A stretch of 64,000 nucleotides of DNA from Verrucomicrobiota bacterium. GTDB taxonomy: Bacteria; Verrucomicrobiota; Kiritimatiellia; CAIQIC01. The stretch spans positions 567-64,566 of the forward strand of contig SCQF01000014.1 in the NCBI GenBank assembly GCA_004321905.1, given 5' to 3'. Position 1 is the stretch's first letter; each line of letters opens with the position of its first letter. A model generated the notes under the pieces. The model was not told where the DNA came from. It worked only from the letters and a program-made list of their open reading frames with translations, and ran no database searches. This document shows positions 17,165-26,715 of the stretch, in pieces. The position numbers and the translations under genes are program-made.

Positions 17165-20100
17165 TCACGGCTGCGCCGCAACTTGCACCGCCGTCCGCAG
17201 CAGCACTGGGCCAAACAGGCCGGACGGCAGCGGCTGGTCGGCTTGGGTCCAGTGGTGCCACGTGGTGAACGTAAAGCGGCCCGTCGGGCTGGGCTTGCCC
17301 GCGAGCACCCACGGCGGCCATTTTTTGAGTTGGATGCCGTTCCATTCGCGGTCGTCCGGTAGTTGTTCGTCACCGATCAAGCGATTCGGCCAAAGATTCG
17401 TGATACGCACTTCGAGTTCATTTTGGCCGTCGCGCAAGGCGTCGGTGACCTCGATGCGGAACGGCGGCTTCCAGAGAATACCGAGGTCGTGACCGTTGAG
17501 TTTGACTTCGGCGATATTCTTGAGCAGGCCGAGATCGAGAAAGATTTTCGATTTCAAATTTTGAGGTTTGAACTCGAGGTTTTTCCGATAGGTCGCAGTA
17601 CCGGAGAAATATTTTACGCCGGCGTCCGGATGCTCCGTCCACGAGATCAGCTTGTCGAGCATGACCTTGGCGGGCGCGCCCCAATTCGGCGGGAAGGAAA
17701 GCTCCCACGGGCCGGTGATCTCCTGCGGCGCAGGTACCGTCTGTGCTTCGGCCTTGAGCGTCTGGCCGGCAGCGGTGGTCAGCTCAATCACACCGGGCTG
17801 CCACGCCAGCACTTCGGTTTTGCCGTTGACGATGAGGTCATAGGCGGGCGGCGGCGTGGGCCGCTCGTTTTCATCCGGTAGCGTCAGCGTTTTGTTCTCG
17901 CTGACGTGGACGATTTTTTGAACACTGCCGACGCGATATTCCACGCGTAATTCCTTGACGACCATCGGCGCGGGATCGTGGCCGGTGAGTTTGTTGTTGG
18001 CCATCACGACCAGTGCGCCATCCTTGACGAGACCGGCGAGCTTGGCGGTGACGTTGGCTATATGCGCGGACGGCTCGGTTTCGTTCCCCAATACGCCATA
18101 GCTGGCGTGGAGGACTTTGGCGTTCGCGGGCAATTCCAGTGTTTGGCCTTCCGACACCGTCTGGACTTTGCGTTTACCGCCGGTAAGGAACTCGATGCGC
18201 AATTCCTTGGCGTCGCCCGGCGCAGGATCGTGAGCCAGCGCATTGCCGGCCAGGATGCGGCGCTGACCTTGGCCGACCAGCTGCTTGACGGCGGTCGTGA
18301 CATCAACGCCTTCATCGTTGGTGGTGCCGAAGAAACCATATTCCGCTTTAACGATCGCCAGCTCTGGCGGCGGCGTGGTGGTCGTGTTTGCGGGTGTGTA
18401 GTGTGCGGCGACGATGTGAGCGGCGTCCGCTGGTTGGCGGAAGACGACGAAGACCGAACCGGCGGGAGCGAAGCGCAGTGGCACCGTCGTGCGGCCGGCT
18501 TGTTCGGTGAACACCGGTGCTTTTTCGATCACCCCGGTGTCGGGGTGCCACAATTCCGGTTGCTTGCCGCTGATACGGAAGGTGCAGGAAACTTCGCCGG
18601 CCACTTCTTTTTGGTTTGATACGAAATAAATGTCCGCCCCTTCCGCGACGCGATGGATATAGGTCAACTTCGCGCTGGCATCCGCACAAACAAAGTCCGG
18701 TTTTATGCCCAGTGCGGTGAGCGCTTCGGTCGCGGTTTTGTTTTGGATGCTCTTGCGCCAGAGTTCATCGGCCAGTTGCCGCACCTCGGCGTCGCATTGC
18801 GGCCAACCGGTGAGGCTCGGCGATTGCGCCGGCTTGGAGCCGACAATCGTCGCGCCAGCGTCCACGAGTTGCTTCAGCTTGCGTAACAGGGCCGGAGTCA
18901 TCGCGCCATCGTCGGGCAACGCCAGCACGCGATAACTCATGCCGCTGGGGAACACGAGGCGCCCGTCTTTGACGCTGACCAGATTCAGGAGCGCCTCGGT
19001 GTTGCACGTGTCATAATCATAACCCGGAGCAAGCTCGCCGGCGCGACCGCTGTTCGGCGCGCCTTCGCCGGCGAAGAAAAGGACATCGCCAACAAAGAGA
19101 CCCGATTGCAGCAGATACTGGCTGCGCGCGATGTATTTGAGCCACGCGCTGCCCTGTTCCCACCACGTCAGCGTGCGTTCGAAATGCGTACCCCACTGGC
19201 CCATCGTCATGCCGGGAAAGCGCGTGGGGTTGGTCCACGGCTGATGCGCGTAACGGTGGAAGATGAAGCGGTTGACGCCGCTGCACCAGACGAGATCGCC
19301 TTGCGCTTTAAGAGAATAGGGGTCCTTGAGCCATTTACCCACTTCGGGCCCGGCGGTGAACGATTCCGCGCCGACGAACTTGCGGCCATAGACGTGTCCG
19401 AGTGCCGCGGCGTGCTTGGCATTACCGGGATTGCCGCCGCCGGGCCAGAATTCGCTCATCGGGATATCGGCATATTCGCCGTACTGCAAATCGTCGGAGG
19501 GACAGTTACCATACGGCTCAACGGAATAGAGCATCCCGTTCTGATGCGCCAGCTCCGCGAATTTTTTGGAGTAATTTTCGGCAAACAGATCGGCGATGGT
19601 GCGCCGGAAATCCCAAAGGAAACGGTCGGTGATGGCGGGGCTATCCACAATGCGACCTGCGAGCACCGGCAGGAAACGCACGAGGTCATAGCCGCGCCGT
19701 TTCTGAAACTCCCCGCGGAATTGGGTGGTCCAGTTCTGCGTGCCGACTTCATAACTATCAATCAGCACATTGTTCAGCACCTTGCCGGCAAGCGGGCCGA
19801 GTTCGGCGATCAGCTTGCCCATGCCGCCATCCCAATGCGCCTGCGCGGCCTCGGCGGAGAGCTTGTCGCACTCGAGCCCTGTGCCGCTCTTCGGCGCGGG
19901 ATGATTACTGCGGCCATTGGGCGTGTACCCGAAGCGCACGACCGTCCAATCGCCTTCCGGCGCGGCCCACACCAATCGTCCACTCTTATCCATTTTCCCG
20001 CTCAGATCGAGCAACGCTCCGCTTGGGATGACCTCGTCGGGTTGGGCTGTCGCCGCAGTGGTGCCATGCACATCGCTGCCGCGATCATAGAACGCTTTGC

Positions 20101-21037
20101 CGGCGAAGTCTTCGATGCCGAGCCGCGGCGCAAGCTCGAGCGCGCGCAGCGTGAGCGCCTTCATCTTTGATCCGGTGCTCAAGAAAAGCACGCGGAAGAA
20201 ACGCGCGGATACCGGCGCGAAGGTGAAGATGCGGATCTCATCCCCTTTGGGCAGCGTAAAAGACTCGATCTCGCGGAACTTTTTGCCGTCGTCGGAGCTT
20301 TCCAACCGACCACGACATCCGCGCATTCCACCGGCGGGCTTGAGGCTCAGCATCCGCGCGGTGAACGGCTGCGCAAATTCCAGCTGAATAAACTGTGGCT
20401 CCTGGGGTGTCGGCAAGGCGAAAGTTAAGGCGGTGCCTTCTTTGCCTGTAATCAAGTTGGCCGCGTTGCCGTGCTTGGCGCTGCTGGTCACCTTGGGCGC
20501 GCACTGTTTCATCGTCACCAGTTCCGTCGCCGGCGTTGGCCAGGCGAGTACGGCGATGTCGCGATAGCAATCAAACTGGGTCGGTGGCTGTGGCAACTTG
20601 GCGTCGAACTTGGTCGGCCCCTTGACCCGCGTCTCGCTGGTGACGACGATCTGCATCCCGTGTTCCGGCGTATTCCACGGTGCGCCGCTGCTCGACCAGC
20701 CCGCGCAGTTGTGAATGCAGAGTTCGAGACCGAGCCGTTGCGCCTCGGACGCCGCGTGCTTGACCAGTTCGCGCCATTCCGGACTGTTATATTGAACGGG
20801 GCCGATCGGGATACCGCCCGCCGCATTGAAAATCTGCGCGCCACCCACGCCGACGCGCGCCAGCGCGTCCAAGTCGGCGGTGATGCCTTCCTTGGTGATG
20901 TTGCCATCCATCCAGTGCCACCACGTATGCGGCTTGGCCGATGCCGGCGGATTGACGAAACCTGCCGCCAAATCTTCCGCCGCCACCAGCCGCGCGCCCA
21001 ACATGAGCAACGCCAACAACCCGATCATTTTTTTCAT
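17165..21037 (-). CDS. secreted glycoside hydrolase, GH106-like paralogue (largest)
   Basis: ORF trimmed to ATG 21037 (MKKMIGLLALLMLGARLVAA). FVNPPASAKPHTWWHWMDGNITKEGITADLDALARVGVGG block. C-terminal KLNGHDLGILWKPPFRIEVT...VRITNLWPNRL. Confidence 0.55.
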   Translation of the reverse strand: MKKMIGLLALLMLGARLVAAEDLAAGFVNPPASAKPHTWWHWMDGNITKEGITADLDALARVGVGGAQIFNAAGGIPIGPVQYNSPEWRELVKHAASEAQRLGLELCIHNCAGWSSSGAPWNTPEHGMQIVVTSETRVKGPTKFDAKLPQPPTQFDCYRDIAVLAWPTPATELVTMKQCAPKVTSSAKHGNAANLITGKEGTALTFALPTPQEPQFIQLEFAQPFTARMLSLKPAGGMRGCRGRLESSDDGKKFREIESFTLPKGDEIRIFTFAPVSARFFRVLFLSTGSKMKALTLRALELAPRLGIEDFAGKAFYDRGSDVHGTTAATAQPDEVIPSGALLDLSGKMDKSGRLVWAAPEGDWTVVRFGYTPNGRSNHPAPKSGTGLECDKLSAEAAQAHWDGGMGKLIAELGPLAGKVLNNVLIDSYEVGTQNWTTQFRGEFQKRRGYDLVRFLPVLAGRIVDSPAITDRFLWDFRRTIADLFAENYSKKFAELAHQNGMLYSVEPYGNCPSDDLQYGEYADIPMSEFWPGGGNPGNAKHAAALGHVYGRKFVGAESFTAGPEVGKWLKDPYSLKAQGDLVWCSGVNRFIFHRYAHQPWTNPTRFPGMTMGQWGTHFERTLTWWEQGSAWLKYIARSQYLLQSGLFVGDVLFFAGEGAPNSGRAGELAPGYDYDTCNTEALLNLVSVKDGRLVFPSGMSYRVLALPDDGAMTPALLRKLKQLVDAGATIVGSKPAQSPSLTGWPQCDAEVRQLADELWRKSIQNKTATEALTALGIKPDFVCADASAKLTYIHRVAEGADIYFVSNQKEVAGEVSCTFRISGKQPELWHPDTGVIEKAPVFTEQAGRTTVPLRFAPAGSVFVVFRQPADAAHIVAAHYTPANTTTTPPPELAIVKAEYGFFGTTNDEGVDVTTAVKQLVGQGQRRILAGNALAHDPAPGDAKELRIEFLTGGKRKVQTVSEGQTLELPANAKVLHASYGVLGNETEPSAHIANVTAKLAGLVKDGALVVMANNKLTGHDPAPMVVKELRVEYRVGSVQKIVHVSENKTLTLPDENERPTPPPAYDLIVNGKTEVLAWQPGVIELTTAAGQTLKAEAQTVPAPQEITGPWELSFPPNWGAPAKVMLDKLISWTEHPDAGVKYFSGTATYRKNLEFKPQNLKSKIFLDLGLLKNIAEVKLNGHDLGILWKPPFRIEVTDALRDGQNELEVRITNLWPNRLIGDEQLPDDREWNGIQLKKWPPWVLAGKPSPTGRFTFTTWHHWTQADQPLPSGLFGPVLLRTAVQVAAQP

Positions 21038-21071
21038 GTTTTCTCCCCTTGCAACAAAGCACGGCGACCTT

Positions 21072-21118
21072 TTCCAGAGTCTGGAAAATGGAAGCAACAT
21101 TTTTTCCAAGCTTGGGAA
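21072..21118. repeat. dyad doublet
   Basis: TTCCAGAGTCTGGAA (a compensated change that keeps the dyad)-N17-TTCCAAGCTTGGGAA. Confidence 0.8.
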
Positions 21119-21183
21119 ACCACGCGACGAGAAAACGGCCCGACGCTACATTTATTGTGAGTTTTTTTGCGGGAAAAAGAAAC

Positions 21184-21260
21184 TGGCGAGGACAACGGGG
21201 CTCGAACCCGCAACCTCCGCCGTGACAGGGCGGCGCTCTAACCAATTGAGCTATGTCCTC
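21184..21260 (-). tRNA. tRNA-Asp (anticodon GTC), CCA encoded
   Basis: Reverse complement GAGGACATAGCTCAATTGGTTAGAGCGCCGCCCTGTCACGGCGGAGGTTGCGGGTTCGAGCCCCGTTGTCCTCGCCA folds as a cloverleaf with anticodon loop CTGTCAC. Confidence 0.9.
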
Positions 21261-21274
21261 GCGTGGGACGGCGG

Positions 21275-21303
21275 ACTAAATCACAAAACGCCTGCGCTGG
21301 CAA
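21275..21303 (-). promoter_or_regulatory. candidate tRNA-Asp promoter
   Basis: On the minus strand: TTGCCA, 17-nt spacer, TTTAGT. The -10 ends 14 nt before the tRNA 5' end. Confidence 0.35.
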
Positions 21304-21322
21304 CCGAAAATCACATTTCCCG

Positions 21323-21369
21323 TTCCAGGCCTTGGAAAAGCGTACGACTGCTTTTTCCAAGGCTTGGAA
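21323..21369. repeat. dyad doublet
   Basis: TTCCAGGCCTTGGAA-N17-TTCCAAGGCTTGGAA. Lies 62 nt upstream of the tRNA-Asp 5' end and 2 nt after the stop of the ABC exporter gene. Confidence 0.9.
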
Positions 21370-21371
21370 AA

Positions 21372-23168
21372 TTATTTGACGACGGGCTCCGGCGTATCGC
21401 GGAACTGGAGATCGTAAAGACGTTTATAGACGCCGCCACGCGTGAGCAATTCCTGATGCGTGCCGGTTTCCACGATGCGTCCGTTTTCCAATACGACGAT
21501 TTGGTCGGCGTGCATGATGGTCGAGAGGCGATGCGCGATGGCGAGCACGGTGCGGTGCGCCATCAGCTCATCGAGCGCAGCCTGTACGGCGCGTTCGCTT
21601 TCGGTGTCGAGCGCGCTGGTGGCTTCGTCGAGGATCAGGATCGGCGGATTACGCAAAATCGCGCGGGCGATGGCGAGGCGCTGGCGCTGGCCGCCGGAGA
21701 GCCGGACGCCGCGCTCGCCGATGTGCGTATCATAATCCTCCTTCATTTCCATGATGAAGTCGTGGGCGTGCGCGCGCTTGGCCGCCGCGATGATCGCGGC
21801 GCGGTCGGCGTTGGCGGTGCCATAGGCGATGTTGTTGGCCACCGTGTCGTTGAAGAGGATCGTGTCCTGCGTGACCATGCCGATCTGGCGGCGGAGCGAT
21901 TCCTGCGTGAGGTCGCGCAGGTCGTGGTCGTTGAGCAGAATCCGGCCGGCGGTCACGTCGTAGAAGCGCGGGACGAGGCTGACGAGCGTGGATTTGCCCG
22001 CGCCGCTGCTGCCGACGAAGGCATAACATTGGCCCGCGCCCACCGTCAGGTTGATGTTTTGCAAAACCTGCTCGTGGGCGTCGTAGGCAAAACCGACTTG
22101 CTCAAAAGCGATGCGGTGCACCGGTTCGTTGAAGGTGATCGCGTTCGGGCGGTCGGTGACGCTGGCCGCGGTGTCGAGCAGTTCAAAGATGCGGTCAGCG
22201 GCGGCGGAGCTTTGTTGGATGGCGAGGTGCAGCTTGCTCAATTTCTTGACCGGCTGATACATGATGAGCATCGCCAGCGCAAAGGTGAAGAGGTCGGCGC
22301 CGGACATATGGGTCCACTGCTTATAGAACATGACGAGCGCGAGGCCGAGGGTGGAGAGGAACACGATGATTGGTTCGATGGAGGCGTTGGCGCGCGTGAC
22401 CTTCATGGCGCGTGAGAAGGTCGCCTTGGCCTCTTCGCTGAAGCGCTGGCGCTCATAGTTCTCCATGCCGAAAGCTTTGACGATGCGCATGCCGACGAGC
22501 GCTTCCTGTAAAATCGCGGCCAGATTGGCCAGCCGCGCCTGACCTTCGCGCGCGGCGCGGCGGACTTTGCGGCCAAAATAGGCGACCGGCAGGATGCAGA
22601 CGGGGAAGAGCACGAGGCTGATCAGTGCGAGCTTCCAGTTCAGCCACAGGATGTAGCCCACGCCGCCGATCAGCACGAACGGCTCGCGGATGAGGTCGCC
22701 GATAAACGTGCTGACCGCGTTTTCGATCATCATCGTGTCGTTGGTGATGCGGCTCATCAACTCACCGCTGCGGCTGCGGGTGAAGTAACCCATCGAGAGC
22801 GTGAGCGTGTGGTCAAAAAGTTTTTCGCGGATGTCGCGTACGACGCGCTTGCCAACCCATTCGATCAGGTAACGGCTGGCGAAGTCGCCTAGTCCGCGCA
22901 ACGCGGCGAGGATCGGCAGCAGCACCGCCACACCGATGAGTAGGTTCCACGGCAAGTCTTGGTGCTCAAAAAAATTGCTGAAATTTTTCTGAATGGCCGG
23001 CAGCAGGCCCGTGGTCGAGCCGCCGAAAAGAATGCCGAAGAAGATGCCGAGCAGCAGCCGGCGCCAATAGGGCTTGGCGTAGCTGAACAGCCGCAGCCAG
23101 ACGGCGCGCTGTGGGGCAGTTGCGGGTTGAGTGGTTTGGTTCAAGGTTTGTCTGGCTTTCCGCCGCAC
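21372..23168 (-). CDS. ABC transporter, fused permease/ATPase (MsbA-like lipid exporter)
   Basis: 598 aa. Six-TM N-terminal half. Walker A GSSGAGKST, signature LSGGQRQR, Walker B ILILDEATSALD. Confidence 0.8.
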   Translation of the reverse strand: MRRKARQTLNQTTQPATAPQRAVWLRLFSYAKPYWRRLLLGIFFGILFGGSTTGLLPAIQKNFSNFFEHQDLPWNLLIGVAVLLPILAALRGLGDFASRYLIEWVGKRVVRDIREKLFDHTLTLSMGYFTRSRSGELMSRITNDTMMIENAVSTFIGDLIREPFVLIGGVGYILWLNWKLALISLVLFPVCILPVAYFGRKVRRAAREGQARLANLAAILQEALVGMRIVKAFGMENYERQRFSEEAKATFSRAMKVTRANASIEPIIVFLSTLGLALVMFYKQWTHMSGADLFTFALAMLIMYQPVKKLSKLHLAIQQSSAAADRIFELLDTAASVTDRPNAITFNEPVHRIAFEQVGFAYDAHEQVLQNINLTVGAGQCYAFVGSSGAGKSTLVSLVPRFYDVTAGRILLNDHDLRDLTQESLRRQIGMVTQDTILFNDTVANNIAYGTANADRAAIIAAAKRAHAHDFIMEMKEDYDTHIGERGVRLSGGQRQRLAIARAILRNPPILILDEATSALDTESERAVQAALDELMAHRTVLAIAHRLSTIMHADQIVVLENGRIVETGTHQELLTRGGVYKRLYDLQFRDTPEPVVK

Positions 23169-23611
23169 CCGGCATGCGCTTGGATACGCTTCAGAAACTC
23201 CGCGTCTTGTAAATCTTGTGGGCGTCCTGCGCGCTGCTTGGATTCGATCAGATCAGCCAGTCCCAGACACCGCGTCGGGGTGCCGTTTTCGGTGGTGAGT
23301 TCCCGGGCCTGCTGTTCAGCTTGTTCAAAGACGGGTAGTCCGGGGCCGCCCAGATGAAATTGGACGACGCCCCACTGCGTTTGATAGGTCTGAATAGAGT
23401 TTTCGCCGTGCGGCCCCAGCGGCTCCAGCGGACAATCCAGTTCGGTGCCCAGTGCTTTTTCGATGCGGCGCAGATTGTCCGTATCATGGGGCGGAATATA
23501 AAAATCCCAATCCATGGAAAAACGTGGCAGGCCAGACAGTCGCACCGCTTGTCCACCAATCAGCAGGTATCGCACTCCGGCTGCGCGGAAACGTTGAATC
23601 ACTTCGTCCAC
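23141..23611 (-). CDS. minimal nucleotidyltransferase-fold (MNT-like) protein
   Basis: 156 aa. LIGGQAVRLSGLPRFSMDWDF fits the G[GS]...DxD pattern of the pol-beta NTase fold. C-terminal ADLIESKQRAGRPQDLQDAEFL. Confidence 0.45.
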   Translation of the reverse strand: MDEVIQRFRAAGVRYLLIGGQAVRLSGLPRFSMDWDFYIPPHDTDNLRRIEKALGTELDCPLEPLGPHGENSIQTYQTQWGVVQFHLGGPGLPVFEQAEQQARELTTENGTPTRCLGLADLIESKQRAGRPQDLQDAEFLKRIQAHAGCGGKPDKP

Positions 23612-23793
23612 TGTGCGCCTCCGTGGGCGGCTAGTTCAGCCAGCAGGGCTTGCTTCCAGCGGTTCAACTCGGCATGGGAATTGAATTTCTTGTGACCAAA
23701 GCGCGGCAGATTGGTCAGCCGGGGTAACGTTGTGACCCGAGGCTTGGCCGCCCAGAAATCTAACTTGGCGTTTATGTCATTCGTGCGCTTCAT
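23599..23793 (-). CDS. small hypothetical protein, upstream partner of the MNT-like gene
   Basis: 64 aa. Overlaps the MNT-like gene by 13 nt. No motif recognised. Confidence 0.35.
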   Translation of the reverse strand: MKRTNDINAKLDFWAAKPRVTTLPRLTNLPRFGHKKFNSHAELNRWKQALLAELAAHGGAQWTK

Positions 23794-23862
23794 GGAACAA
23801 AAATCCGTGCGAGAAGATTAGCACAGCTGAACCGCACGTAAAGCGTGACGTTCGTGCCCTGA

Positions 23863-24864
<1,002 letters not shown>

Positions 24865-24897
24865 TCAGCAACCGCCGTCAGGTGAAAGGAAAAAGTC

Positions 24898-25275
24898 ATG
24901 GATATCCTCAAAGACATGTTCGAGAAACAGGCCGAGCTTAATCGTCGCATTGGGATAGATACCACCGCCTTGCCGGAAAGCGAGCAGCCCAAGTGGATTT
25001 TAAACTACTGCCGCGCCATGAATCAGGAAATCGCCGAACTGACCGATAGCGTGCCGTGGAAGTGGTGGGCGAAGTATCAAACGTATGACAAGCAGAACGC
25101 CCGCGTTGAGATTGTGGACCTGTTCCACTTCTTGATTTCGCTCGCGCAGGTCGCCGGCCTGACCGCCGAAGACGTCCACCGTCTCTACATGGAAAAAAAC
25201 AAGGTCAACTTCCAACGGCAGGACTCCGGCTACGTCGTCAAAGATCACGACGACAGCAAACACATCGGCGCCTGA
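24898..25275 (+). CDS. all-alpha NTP pyrophosphohydrolase (dimeric dUTPase / MazG-like)
   Basis: 125 aa. QEIAELTDSVPWKWW...EIVDLFHFL pattern, as in dUTPase_2/MazG-type proteins. Confidence 0.45.
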   Translation: MDILKDMFEKQAELNRRIGIDTTALPESEQPKWILNYCRAMNQEIAELTDSVPWKWWAKYQTYDKQNARVEIVDLFHFLISLAQVAGLTAEDVHRLYMEKNKVNFQRQDSGYVVKDHDDSKHIGA

Positions 25276-25283
25276 CACGCCTT

Positions 25284-25330
25284 TTCCAAGAGTTGGAAAA
25301 ACGGCGGCGCGACTTTTCCAAACCTTGGAA
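25284..25330. repeat. dyad doublet
   Basis: TTCCAAGAGTTGGAA-N17-TTCCAAACCTTGGAA. Confidence 0.9.
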
Positions 25331-25348
25331 ACATGGTAGCTTCCCAGC

Positions 25349-26704
25349 GTGACGCTGCGTATTGCCAGCTTTGGAGTGCGGGGCTTCGTCGGCACATCGC
25401 TGACGCCGAAGGTGGCGATGGATTTTGCCGGCGCGTTCGCAGCGCATCTCAGCGGCGGGCGTGTGCTGCTGGGGCGCGATACGCGTGGTTCCAGCCGGAT
25501 GCTGCACTCGGCGGTCAGCAGCAGCTTGATGGCGGCGGGCTGCGAGGTGCTCAACTTCGGCATTTGCCCCACGCCGATGCTCCAGTTTTCCGTGCGGCCC
25601 TACGGCGCGGCGGGCGCGATCTCGATTTCCGGCGGCCATAACGCGATGGGCTGGAATGCGCTGACGTTCATCGGCGCCGATGGCGCGTTTCTCGATCCGA
25701 TGGGTGGCGAGGCGGTGCTCGATCACTATCACGCCGGCTCTTTTTTGCCGGCCGATTGGGCGCATATGGGCGCATTACGTGAGGAGCGCGGTTTTGCCGA
25801 ACCCTATTTTACCGCGTTGGAAAAACGGTTGGATGTGGCGGCGATTCGCGCGGCCAAGTTGACGGTGTTGATGGATCCGGTCGGCGGCGCAGGTTGTCCG
25901 TTCCTTGAAGAATTTGCGCGGCGGCTGGGCTTCCGGCTGGTGCCGATCAACGCACAGCTTTCCGCCTATCTCGCACGCGAAGCGGAACCGCGGCCGCGGA
26001 GCGCGATGCAGATGGCGGGGATCATCCGGCAGCTTGGCGGCGACGCGGGCTTCTTGTTTTCCAGCGATCTCACGCGGCTTTCGCTCGTCACCGAGGCCGG
26101 CGAACCGGCCAGCGAAGAATTCACCTTCGCCGTGCTCGCCAACCATGTGCTGGGGCAGCGCGCCGGCACGGTGGTGACCAATAGTTGCACGACGCGGATG
26201 ATTGACGACATCGCGCGGCAACGCGGTGTGCCACTGGTCAAAACGCGCGTCGGTCAGGCGTACATTGTCTCCAAACTGCTCGATGAACAGGGCGTGCTCG
26301 GCGGCGAAGGCAGCGGCAGCGCCGTGGTGCCGGATTTCAGCCGTGCGTTCGATGGCTTTCTGATGGTCGGGCTGGTGCTGGAGGCGATGGCACAGCACGG
26401 CAAGAAGCTCTCAGAACTGCTCGGCGCCTTGCCGCGCTATCACATCGTCAAGCGACAGGTGCGGTGCGATTCGCGGCATGGTTATCGCGCGTTGGACCTC
26501 GCGCAGGAGCAGATGTTGGCACATCGCGACGGCGGACAGGCCGATTTGACCGATGGTCTCCGCATGGACTGGCCCGATGGCTGGGTCCATGCGCGCGCGT
26601 CGCAGACCGAGCAGTTGGTACGGGTGATTTCCGAGGCAAAAACCCGCGCAACGGCGGAGCACCGCGCGGATGAACTGGTACGGCTGATTGAGCAGGAAGT
26701 CTAA
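25349..26704 (+). CDS. phosphohexomutase-family paralogue lacking the catalytic motifs (probable pseudoenzyme)
   Basis: 451 aa, GTG start. Aligns by eye with the downstream paralogue, but carries SISGGHNAMGWN instead of TASHN, FLFSSDLTRLS instead of DPDGDR, and RASQTEQ instead of RRSNTEP. Confidence 0.6.
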   Translation: MTLRIASFGVRGFVGTSLTPKVAMDFAGAFAAHLSGGRVLLGRDTRGSSRMLHSAVSSSLMAAGCEVLNFGICPTPMLQFSVRPYGAAGAISISGGHNAMGWNALTFIGADGAFLDPMGGEAVLDHYHAGSFLPADWAHMGALREERGFAEPYFTALEKRLDVAAIRAAKLTVLMDPVGGAGCPFLEEFARRLGFRLVPINAQLSAYLAREAEPRPRSAMQMAGIIRQLGGDAGFLFSSDLTRLSLVTEAGEPASEEFTFAVLANHVLGQRAGTVVTNSCTTRMIDDIARQRGVPLVKTRVGQAYIVSKLLDEQGVLGGEGSGSAVVPDFSRAFDGFLMVGLVLEAMAQHGKKLSELLGALPRYHIVKRQVRCDSRHGYRALDLAQEQMLAHRDGGQADLTDGLRMDWPDGWVHARASQTEQLVRVISEAKTRATAEHRADELVRLIEQEV

Positions 26705-26715
26705 ATGCAGGTTTC

